A DNA stretch of 44,787 nucleotides from Myxococcota bacterium (GTDB lineage Bacteria > Myxococcota_A > Polyangia > Polyangiales > Sandaracinaceae): NCBI GenBank assembly GCA_036149055.1, contig JAYZQJ010000160.1, positions 1-44,787 on the forward strand. The letters are read 5' to 3'. The notes beneath the pieces are model-generated. The model was not told where the DNA came from. It made no database searches and was given only the letters and a program-made list of their open reading frames with translations. The translations under genes were made by a program, and so were the position numbers. Position 1 is the stretch's first letter; each line of letters begins with the position of its first letter. Below, in pieces: positions 1 to 9,728 of this stretch.

Positions 1-2
1 GT

Positions 3-824
3 GATCGCGCGGCGGAGCCCCTGCGTCGGGTCCGCCTGGCCGACGCGCTGCCGGGCATCCGAGGGCCGGAGATCGTCCTCGGATACGACGCGGACGGCGA
101 GCTGCGTCGCATGGAGATCCGCTGCGAGGAAGGCGCGACGGGGTTCCGGCTCGAGCAGAGCGACGACGGAGGCGCGGCGTTCCTCCATCTGCCCATGTCC
201 GGTCACCGATCGTCTGCGCGGCCGCACCTGGTCTTCGTCGACTACTTCCTGCCCGAGCACCGCGGCCCCGAGCTCATCTTCGAGTACGAGCCGAACGGGC
301 CCCTGCGCGGAATCGAGATCCTCTGCCGCGAGTGGGGACCCGTGAGCGAGGAGGACGACCCGATCGTCCGACGGCTCGGGGATCGTGTCGTTCGCGTCGA
401 CGATGAGAGCCTCTGGGCGGCTCTGACGTCGGCGTTCCCCTTCGCGGCGGGGCGGCCCGAATGGAGCAAGGTGCCCGGAGCGCAGTTTCGGGCGGCGCCG
501 CCGGAGCGGGCCGCGGGGGCGAGCCTCGGGCCCGGGAGCCTCGACACGCGACGCGACGTCGAGGAGGTGAAGACCTTCTTCGAACGATGTGTGTCGGGCA
601 CCGAGACCCGGCCGGACGACTGGGTCGTGTACTTCGGTGACAACAGTGTCTGGGACTACAGGGTCGAGCTCGAGGCGGTGGGCGGGCTGCTGGACGAGAT
701 GGCCGAGATCCCGGAGAACAAATACGTCTTCCCGCCGGACGCCTCCTGGTGCTTCATGTGGTCGTTCGAAGACGACCTGTACTTCGGTCGGTGTCCGGCG
801 GGACGCCGAAGTCCAGCTGGCTGA
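3..824 (+). CDS. 5'-partial ORF: two tandem DUF2283-like repeats fused to a CdiI-like immunity domain
   Basis: The frame is open from base 3. Repeats 'LPGIRGPEIVLGYDADGELRRMEIRC' and 'LPEHRGPELIFEYEPNGPLRGIEILC'. From an in-frame GTG at 342: 'AFPF..GRPEWSKVP...VVYFGDN...IPENKYVFPPDASWCFMWSFEDDLYFG', resembling CDI-type immunity proteins. Confidence 0.55.
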   Translation, partial: DRAAEPLRRVRLADALPGIRGPEIVLGYDADGELRRMEIRCEEGATGFRLEQSDDGGAAFLHLPMSGHRSSARPHLVFVDYFLPEHRGPELIFEYEPNGPLRGIEILCREWGPVSEEDDPIVRRLGDRVVRVDDESLWAALTSAFPFAAGRPEWSKVPGAQFRAAPPERAAGASLGPGSLDTRRDVEEVKTFFERCVSGTETRPDDWVVYFGDNSVWDYRVELEAVGGLLDEMAEIPENKYVFPPDASWCFMWSFEDDLYFGRCPAGRRSPAG

Positions 825-843
825 ACGGCCCCAGAGGTGTCTC

Positions 844-1329
844 GTGGCAACCGCGTTCGAGGTCGAGCTGCTTCGTCCGATTTCTTTGCGAAGCGTCACC
901 ACCAAGATCGACGCGTTTTACCGCGACTGTTTTGGTGTCAACGTGTCTGTGTCGTGCTCGGTCCCGCTAGACACTCGACTCGACGGCACGCAGCTCCTCT
1001 TCGTCTGCTCTCTGGATGAGGATACTGTCATCAGCGTCGACGTGGCTCAGTATGGGGACGAAGTCGGTGGCGTGCAGCCGTTCTGGCTCGGGGCGCTGGT
1101 GGATCGCATGAGAAATGCACGATCCGCGCTCTTCGCGATCGTCTTCGTCAACAGCACAGCCCAGGTCGCGGGCTCGCAGTTCGTCGACGACGCGCTTCGC
1201 GTGTCCTCGACGGACGCGACGCTCGATCCAAGCGCCGTGGACGCCTGGCTGCGTAGTCTCACCTCCGAATCCTCGTTGACGAGCGCGTGCGAAGAGGTGG
1301 AGCGACGCCTCGGCTACCTCTGCCCGTAG
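844..1329 (+). CDS. hypothetical protein (immunity-array member)
   Basis: GTG at 844 follows AGAGGT, within ORF 589..1329. Globular-looking 161 aa with atypical codon usage. No family recognised. Confidence 0.55.
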   Translation: MATAFEVELLRPISLRSVTTKIDAFYRDCFGVNVSVSCSVPLDTRLDGTQLLFVCSLDEDTVISVDVAQYGDEVGGVQPFWLGALVDRMRNARSALFAIVFVNSTAQVAGSQFVDDALRVSSTDATLDPSAVDAWLRSLTSESSLTSACEEVERRLGYLCP

Positions 1330-1340
1330 AATGGTGAGAA

Positions 1341-1619
1341 GTGTTGATCGTCCAGGTCGGATGTCGGTCTTGCGAGTACGGTAACATCGGTCTCTACCGC
1401 TGCGATTCTGGCTGCATGGTCGCCATGTGCGACGAGTGCTCTCTCGTCTGGTCGAACCCTCGAGATCTCGCTGACGACGCAGCCACGTTTCCCGAGCCGC
1501 CGGAGTTCCGGGTGTCGGCTGAGTGCGTGCTGGGCTCCAACTCCGGGTGGGCCTCGACAGAGGAGGCAGAGCGCGCCCGCCTTCTCGATCTGGTTGTAGA
1601 GAGCGACAGCCAGCGTTAG
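1341..1619 (+). CDS. small Cys-rich (zinc-ribbon-like) protein, probable immunity protein
   Basis: CRSC...MCDECSLVWSNP...GWAS motif; starts 11 bp after the previous gene. Confidence 0.6.
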   Translation: MLIVQVGCRSCEYGNIGLYRCDSGCMVAMCDECSLVWSNPRDLADDAATFPEPPEFRVSAECVLGSNSGWASTEEAERARLLDLVVESDSQR

Positions 1620-1653
1620 CGAGCCATCCGAAGTGCCACGGAGATTTCGAGCA

Positions 1654-2871
1654 ATGACACCGCTGTCCTGCACACGCCTGGTCGCCCGCCTGCCGTCGGC
1701 GCTCACGGCCCTGATTCTGGTCGCGTCGTGTTCGACGGGGGCGGGCGCCGGTTGAGATGCTGATGAGACTCGCCGACGCGTGAGCGACAGCCTCGAGACG
1801 GAGTCACGTCACCCTCACACGTCCAGCGAAGTGAACGCTCCCGATGTCGTCTCTCTCTCCGTGTCGCCGACACATCTCTGCGTCAGACACCGTACGGCGG
1901 GGACCTCGTGTCTCGGCAGCAATCAGACCGGCGCTCTGGGGACGACCCGCGCCAACGACGTATCCCACCAGCTCACGGAGGACGACGACCTCGAGGTGCT
2001 CACGACCGGCGACGCCAGCTGTCTCGTGGGCGAGGCGGGCGTCCGGTGCGTCGGAGGTGGCGATCCCGCCGCGTCTCCCCGCTCCGCGCTGGAGGGGCTG
2101 ACCGGCCGTTGTGAGATGCAGGGCGGGAGCCACTGGGTCTGCGGCGTCTGCGGGGAGGAGATCCGATGCGTGCCGCAGCCCGATGCTCTACGGGACGAGT
2201 CGGAGCGACCCTACGGCTTCCCCCTGCCGACGCCCGGAGCGAGGATCGCGGTAGGGGATTCCCATCAATCGTGCGCGAGCGGGGACGGGAGCGCGTGGTG
2301 CTGGAGGGGGGCGCACCTGGAAGGTCAGCAGGGCATCACGCGTGTGGCCGAGTCGCATCGCGTCCAGCAGGTGGCGCCGGGGAGTCTGGGCTACTGCATT
2401 CTCGACATGGAGGGAGCGGTCTGGTGCGTCCCGCCCGCCGCCCGCACGCTACCGCCAGAGGCACACATCACCGATTGGTTGGCCGCTCAGTACGGCCGGC
2501 CGATCTACAGCGGCGCCCTGGTCCGCGTCGAGGTACCCCGTGCCACGGAGCTCAGAGCCGGGGCGGGGTTCTACTGCGCGCTCTCGGGCGACGCCGGACA
2601 CGAGCTGTGGTGCTGGGGATCCAACGCGTGGCGCAATCATCGGGAGGCGCTCGGGGAGCCGGTCGAGCGCCCCCTGGTGTTCGGCTCGGACGTGACCGCG
2701 TTCGATCTCGGGGCGTCAACTCTGTGTACGTATTCGGAGGCCTCTTCCGAGATTCGATGCTGGGGCGCGCTCCTCGCGGCGCTCGGGCGAGCTCGATACA
2801 GCTACGGAGGCGGTCCGCGCGGGGTCGTCGTCGCGCGCGTGACCGACAGCGGCGTCGACGTGGTGCAGTGA
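1654..2871 (+). pseudogene. RCC1-repeat lipoprotein interrupted by an in-frame TGA at 1753-1755
   Basis: ATG 1654 gives MTPLSCTRLVARLPSALTALILVAS-C (lipobox), then TGA, then continues in frame into 1780..2871. RCC1-like repeats: HLCV..TSCLGSNQTGALG, YCILDMEGAVWC, FYCAL..LWCWGSN, IRCWG. Confidence 0.6.
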
Positions 2872-2975
2872 CGCGTTCCAACCCGCATGGTCACGAGACC
2901 ACGTATGCGCCGCTTGGGACGCGATTCCACGATGCTGTGACTGGCGCACGCGAGACGCTTCACAACCTGAGGTGA
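2868..2975 (+). pseudogene. 35-codon remnant resembling an Rhs/YD repeat plus a C-terminal tail
   Basis: VTRSNPHGHETTYA resembles the YD-repeat consensus (vtdplGhtTtY). GTGA overlaps with both neighbours (2868-2871 and 2972-2975). Confidence 0.35.
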
Positions 2976-3394
2976 ACGGAGTGGGACGAGCGATAGAGGG
3001 AACGTCGAAGGCAGAGTCCGCCATGGGGCGGTGGGCTCCGAACGAGCTGGCGTTCATCGAGCGCTTGGAGTTCGGCAGAGGTTCTGAATCGGAGGCCACT
3101 GTGAAGCTGGTGGGCTTGTTCCAGAGGCGCGACGTCGGGGGGTGGCCGGCGATAGACGAGCCGATGCATCGCGTGACCCTGCTCTTCGATGGCGTACAGC
3201 GCCTCGAGATCGAGGGCTTTGGTAGCGCGCCGGTTCAGATCATGGGGTTCGACATTCGCTCGGTCGCTGACCCCGGCTGGGAAGGCGTGAACTTCGAGAT
3301 CGAGGACTACGAAGACGGGCGCATCCGTTTCTTCTGCGGTCGGGTACAGATTCTCGAGGTCGCCGAGGCGGACATCGATGATGTCTTGGACTGA
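2972..3394 (+). CDS. Imm50-like immunity protein
   Basis: VTLLFDGVQRLEIEGF...QIMGFDI...GWEGVNFEIEDYEDGRIRFFCGRVQI pattern, typical of polymorphic-toxin immunity proteins. Confidence 0.6.
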   Translation: MNGVGRAIEGTSKAESAMGRWAPNELAFIERLEFGRGSESEATVKLVGLFQRRDVGGWPAIDEPMHRVTLLFDGVQRLEIEGFGSAPVQIMGFDIRSVADPGWEGVNFEIEDYEDGRIRFFCGRVQILEVAEADIDDVLD

Positions 3395-3421
3395 GGCGAC
3401 ATCCCGGCTCGGTCTGCGTCG

Positions 3422-3637
3422 GTGTCGTCGTCGGCGTCGTTTGCACCACCGTCTCGACAGCTGCTCTTCAATCTAGATACCCCGGTGGAAGATTTTATCC
3501 CGGCATTCCGACGAGGCAGTATCCGTAGGGTGTTTCCCGGCGAGTTTCGCCGGCCGGGCGTCACGGTCGAACAGGCTCTCCGTGCAAGAGACTCCAGCGT
3601 CCGCAAACTTCTTACCGATGGGAGATTTGTTAGATGA
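3422..3637 (+). CDS. orphan polymorphic-toxin C-terminal tip (probable remnant)
   Basis: Short, basic 'FRRGSIRRVFPGEF..TVEQAL..VRKLLTDGRFVR'. ATGA overlap with the acidic DUF4288 gene; no clear RBS. Confidence 0.45.
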   Translation: MSSSASFAPPSRQLLFNLDTPVEDFIPAFRRGSIRRVFPGEFRRPGVTVEQALRARDSSVRKLLTDGRFVR

Positions 3638-3984
3638 CCGAGCGAACTTGGTTTAGTTCCACCGTGCGGCGCGTGTGCCTGGTGGAAGGTGAGGGATGCG
3701 TAATGGCGAATGACTCCGTGCTCCTCTTTCGAGCAAGTGACTTCGACGAAGCGTTCAGGAGGGCCGTTGAACTGGGACGTGCACTAGAAGAGGAATATCG
3801 GAACCTGGCGGGGCAGCTCGTGCGGTGGCGACTCAAGGAGGTTCTATCCCTCGACAGCATCCGGGCCGAGTCTCTCGACGGCGCGGAGGTCCACTCCAGT
3901 TTCGAAGAGTTCGATCCACCACACAAACTCGAAATGGATGAGGTATTTACCCCGGAGTGTTCGGAGCCACACCAGACATTCTGA
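3634..3984 (+). CDS. DUF4288 family protein
   Basis: WF..SVLLFRASDFDEAFRRAVELGRALEEEYRNLAGQLVRWRL..LDGAEVHS matches the DUF4288 pattern. Confidence 0.75.
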   Translation: MTERTWFSSTVRRVCLVEGEGCVMANDSVLLFRASDFDEAFRRAVELGRALEEEYRNLAGQLVRWRLKEVLSLDSIRAESLDGAEVHSSFEEFDPPHKLEMDEVFTPECSEPHQTF

Positions 3985-4077
3985 TTCCCGAGCTCATCTC
4001 CGGCCACCCGTATGGCGCACAGCACATCACCGGTTTCCAAGCCACAGGCCGCTCGAGCGTTCTCGGTTCGGCAGTAG

Positions 4078-4707
4078 CTACTTCGTGCCGAAGAGGCGGT
4101 CGCCGGCGTCGCCGAGGCCGGGCAGGATGTAGCCCTTCTCGTTGAGCTGGCGGTCGATCGCGGCGGTGTAGATGGCGACGTCGGGGTGGGCGTCGTGGAA
4201 GGCGGCGATGCCCTCGGGCGCGGTGAGGAGGCAGACGAACTTCAAGCTCTTCGGCTTGCCCTCCTTGATGCGCTCGACCGCGGCGATGGCGCTGTTGCCG
4301 GTGGCGAGCATCGGGTCGCAGACGATGACGTCGCGGTCGCCCAGCTCGCTCGGGACCTTGTAGTAGTACTCGACCGGCTTGAGCGTCTTCGGATCCCGGT
4401 ACAGCCCGATGTGGCCGATGCGCGCCGACGGGAGGAGCTTGAGGATGCCGTTCAGGATCCCGTCGCCCGCCCGCAGGATCGAGATGACGACGAGCTTCTT
4501 CCCCTCGAGCATCGGCGCGTCCATCGTCTCGAGGGGCGTGTCGATCGCCTCGACCGAGAGCGGCATGTCGCGGGTGACCTCGTAGCCCATCAGCATGCTG
4601 ATCTCTTCGAGGAGCTGCCGGAAGCTGCTCGTCGAGGTCGACGCGCGCCGCATGAGGGTGAGCTTGTGCTGGACCAGCGGGTGGCCGATGACGTGGACTT
4701 CGCCCAT
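4078..4707 (-). CDS. upp: uracil phosphoribosyltransferase
   Basis: [21 protein letters not shown]-binding [27 protein letters not shown]. 209 aa from ATG 4707. Confidence 0.97.
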   Translation of the reverse strand: MGEVHVIGHPLVQHKLTLMRRASTSTSSFRQLLEEISMLMGYEVTRDMPLSVEAIDTPLETMDAPMLEGKKLVVISILRAGDGILNGILKLLPSARIGHIGLYRDPKTLKPVEYYYKVPSELGDRDVIVCDPMLATGNSAIAAVERIKEGKPKSLKFVCLLTAPEGIAAFHDAHPDVAIYTAAIDRQLNEKGYILPGLGDAGDRLFGTK

Positions 4708-4877
4708 GCCGCCCCTTCTAGAGGATGGGCGCCCCAGATGCCAGGCGCGGGCGACGCCTCGTTCCACCTCGTGCAGAACCCGTGCTCCCCTCTCCAGCCC
4801 GATGGGCGTGCCGAAGCGGTAGGTCGCCCGATCTGCCGCGCGCGGGCGCGTGTCGCTCCGGCGAGACTCTCCCCACG

Positions 4878-5339
4878 TCAGTCCGACAGCGACTTCATCT
4901 GCTCGAGCGCGGCCACGTCCGCCAGATCTTGCGGACGACCCGATGCGCGCTTGTTGACGATGAGGTCCTCCATCGACAGGACGAACACCGGTTGCCCCGC
5001 GTAGCGGCTCGGGACCCTTCGAGTCCAAGCGTTCTCGAAGTCGAGCCCGGACACCACCGTCAGGATGTCTATCCGGACCGGATTTACGCCGATCTGGTAG
5101 ACGATGTCCGGGACCGCGAAGTCGTCGACGCTCACCCGCTGCGTCGGGGCACCGAACGCATGCAGCGCCTGCATCACTCGTGCGGCGTTGTCGAGCGAAG
5201 GTCGGACCCAGATGTCGAGGTCTTTGGTCGCTCGGACGTGGCCATGCGCAGCCAGGGCGTGCGCTCCTACGACGAGAAACTCAACTCCCGCGTCGTTCAA
5301 CGCGGCACACATCTCTTCGTAGTCGGGTTGAGTCTCCAA
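4878..5339 (-). CDS. minimal Pol-beta-superfamily nucleotidyltransferase (TA-associated type)
   Basis: [24 protein letters not shown] (GG/GA...DxD), [22 protein letters not shown]. Start is TTG 5339 or ATG 5312. Confidence 0.85.
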   Translation of the reverse strand: METQPDYEEMCAALNDAGVEFLVVGAHALAAHGHVRATKDLDIWVRPSLDNAARVMQALHAFGAPTQRVSVDDFAVPDIVYQIGVNPVRIDILTVVSGLDFENAWTRRVPSRYAGQPVFVLSMEDLIVNKRASGRPQDLADVAALEQMKSLSD

Positions 5340-5499
5340 GTTCTTCACTCCAGCGAAGGCATTCGCGTGTCGCCAGCCAGACCGCCGCGATTCGCTCCTC
5401 CATCGTACGCTCTGCCCACTGCTCTCTGTCCACGGCGCCGTGGTCGTCGTGCAGACGGATGATGCGTGCGGGCCAATGTCGTCTGGAGCGGCCGTCCAT
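5281..5499 (-). CDS. small helical protein upstream of the nucleotidyltransferase (putative TA partner)
   Basis: 72 aa, W..RTMEERIAAVW...RLRRDVCRV; overlaps the NTase start. Confidence 0.6.
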   Translation of the reverse strand: MDGRSRRHWPARIIRLHDDHGAVDREQWAERTMEERIAAVWLATRECLRWSEELGDSTRLRRDVCRVERRGS

Positions 5500-5577
5500 G
5501 CCGACAGCATAGCGCCTACGGGCCGTGGTCGAGTGGGCGTCGTCGAGACTTCCGACCCACACGGGCCGCGGAGGTAT

Positions 5578-7491
<1,914 letters not shown>

Positions 7492-7538
7492 GGCGCGGCC
7501 AAGGTAGCTCGCTTGGCCCGCCAGCGCTCATCTCGACG

Positions 7539-9728
7539 TCACACGGCGGATCGGTCCGCCCGTGCCTCACGGACGCGCTGGGAGACGGCGTCCACGAGCG
7601 TCTGCCGGTCGAAAGGCTTCTGGAGCACCCTCAGCTGATGACGGTGAATGTACTGACCGACCTCGCTGCCGAGAACCCCCCCCGTCATGAAGAGCATTCG
7701 CTGGGCGAGCCCCTCGTCCCGCTCGCGGAGCCAGGCGTGCAGGTCCGTCCCGCCGACGATCGGCATCATCACGTCGCAGAGGATGACGTCGAAGCCACCG
7801 TCCTGCTCCAGCACGCGCTGCGCCTCGGCCCCGGATCCCGCGGTGACGACCGCGTGCAACTCTCCCAGCAGCCGGCCGACGATCTTCAGGATCGCCGCCT
7901 CGTCATCGACCACCAGGACCTTTCCTCGGGCCGCGCGGCTGCTGCGTTGGGCCGACCTCGCGCGCTTCTTCGCCGGCGGCTCCCCATACGCGGGGAGGGC
8001 GATCTGCACCCGCGTCCCCTCGCCGACCTCGCTCTCGATGTCGATCGAGCCGCCGTGAGACTCGACGATGTCTCGGCAGATCGTCAGCCCGAGGCCCGTG
8101 CCAGACCCTCGGGGACGAGTCGAGAAGAAGGGCTCGAAGGCGCGCGTGAGGTGTGCCTGCGAGATCCCCGCTCCGTCGTCGCAGACCTCGGCGAACACCC
8201 GGTCGTCTTCATACCAGGTCCGAATCCGGATCAAGTGGTCCTGGACCGCGCCGGGCTCGATCGAGCGCGCCGCGTTGATGAGGAGATTGAGGAAGACCTG
8301 GGACAGCTGGCCCTCCGAGCCGAGCACGGTCGGCGTCGACTCCAGGCTCTGGATCAGCCGCGCTCGGTGACGAACCTCGTTGCAGCTCATCTCCACGGCG
8401 CTGCCGATGGCGTTGGAGAGGTCAACGGCGGCAGGCGCCTCGTCGTCCACGCGCGCGAAGGTGCCGAGGGCGAGCGAGATGTTCCGGATCCGCTGGGTCG
8501 CGTCTCGGCAGGCTCGCGCTTGCTCGCACAGCTCCTTCAGGGGTGCCGCTTCCAGTTGCGCGTGGTCCGCGCCGAGCCGCTCTCGTGCTCCCTCCTCTCC
8601 GAGGGCACGGCCGAGCTCGTAGAGCGCCGCTCGCGCCGCCTCGGCGACTCGCGGCAGCGCGTCGTCGAGGCTCTCGATGAGCATGAGCAGGTAGGTCAGC
8701 GGGTTGTTGATCTCGTGGGCGACGCTGGCCGCCAGCATCCCCATGCTCGCGATCCGGTCCTCTTGAGCCAGGGTCGCCCGCTCCGCGTCGAGGGTCGTCT
8801 GATCACGGACCGCCATGAGGAGGGCGGGCTCGCCCCCGATCTCGACCGGGCTGACCGCCACGCTCGCGTGGAACGGCGTGCCGTCGAGCCGCTGGAGCGT
8901 CCAGGCGTACAGCCAGGCGCCCTCGTGCAGGGATGGTGCGGTCGGATCGGAGCGATGCGCTCTCGTGGGCGCGGCGTCGTGATCCCAGAGGGTCAACGAG
9001 GCGAGCTCCTCGGCGCGCCCCGCGCCGAACAGCGCCAGGGCGGCCGCGTTGCCCTCGCGGACTCGCCATTCCGGGGGCCGCAGGATGAGCAAGGCGTCAC
9101 TCGAGTGTTGATAGAGCGCGCGGAACCGCTCCTCGCTCCGCTCGAGCGCGGCTCGGTACTTCCTCTGCTCGTCGACGTCGGTCACCGCGATCCGGAGGTG
9201 CTCGCTGCCCGGAGGCTCCACGACGTCGAGCCGAGCCCAGAAGGTCTCGCGCTCCGCGTCGACGAGGCGCAGCTCGCACCGCTGTGGGCTCCTGTCCCGG
9301 AGGAGACGCCGTCGGCACAGGTACCACGCGTCCTGATCCTCGGCCGCGACCAGGCGGGTGAAGGGGCGCCCGATCAGCGCGTGCGAGGGGAGCCCGAGCC
9401 GGTCTTGGGCCGTCGCGTTGACCGCCCGCATCCGCCCATCGGAGTCCACGCAGACGTAGCCGATGGGCGCACGGTCGAACAGATCGGCGTACCGAGCGCG
9501 GGCCCGCTCGTGGGCGTGCTCGGAGCGGCGCAGGCCCTCGTTCTGCAGCTCCAGCTCGATCTGATGCACCCGGAGCTCGCGTAGCAGGCGCTTCGCCAGC
9601 TGGGGTGACAGCTCGCCTTCGGCCTCTGGGTGGATGCTGGCCTGCGCGGCGGCGATCTCCTCTGCGCGCGACCGCAGCGCCACGGTGCCTTGCCACGGGG
9701 GGGGGCGTCCAGGCCCTCCCCTCCTCAT
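7539..9728 (-). CDS. PAS-PAS hybrid sensor histidine kinase/receiver (HK1)
   Basis: RELRVHQIELELQNE coil, two PAS domains, H-box AHEINNPL, N-box QVFLNLLINAA, DDGAG, GSGTGLGL, receiver VVDDE...CDVMMP...QKPF. ATGA overlap with the CheBR stop. Confidence 0.93.
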   Translation of the reverse strand: MRRGGPGRPPPWQGTVALRSRAEEIAAAQASIHPEAEGELSPQLAKRLLRELRVHQIELELQNEGLRRSEHAHERARARYADLFDRAPIGYVCVDSDGRMRAVNATAQDRLGLPSHALIGRPFTRLVAAEDQDAWYLCRRRLLRDRSPQRCELRLVDAERETFWARLDVVEPPGSEHLRIAVTDVDEQRKYRAALERSEERFRALYQHSSDALLILRPPEWRVREGNAAALALFGAGRAEELASLTLWDHDAAPTRAHRSDPTAPSLHEGAWLYAWTLQRLDGTPFHASVAVSPVEIGGEPALLMAVRDQTTLDAERATLAQEDRIASMGMLAASVAHEINNPLTYLLMLIESLDDALPRVAEAARAALYELGRALGEEGARERLGADHAQLEAAPLKELCEQARACRDATQRIRNISLALGTFARVDDEAPAAVDLSNAIGSAVEMSCNEVRHRARLIQSLESTPTVLGSEGQLSQVFLNLLINAARSIEPGAVQDHLIRIRTWYEDDRVFAEVCDDGAGISQAHLTRAFEPFFSTRPRGSGTGLGLTICRDIVESHGGSIDIESEVGEGTRVQIALPAYGEPPAKKRARSAQRSSRAARGKVLVVDDEAAILKIVGRLLGELHAVVTAGSGAEAQRVLEQDGGFDVILCDVMMPIVGGTDLHAWLRERDEGLAQRMLFMTGGVLGSEVGQYIHRHQLRVLQKPFDRQTLVDAVSQRVREARADRSAV

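Noticed and set aside
1753..1755. Selenocysteine readthrough of the in-frame TGA (and a Sec-type Gpx at 44146)
   Set aside because: The TGA lies in a linker with no redox motif or recognisable SECIS; Gpx has an ordinary TGC Cys.
4708..5028. N-terminal extensions given by the ORF track for upp (also HK1 to 9986, LMF to 33614, desaturase from 37190)
   Set aside because: The extensions overlap other real genes; family-typical starts lie downstream.
4855..5565. Possible direct repeats (CGAGACT..CCCAC) flanking the NTase module
   Set aside because: Too short and imperfect to support a target-site duplication; no integrase or transposase nearby.
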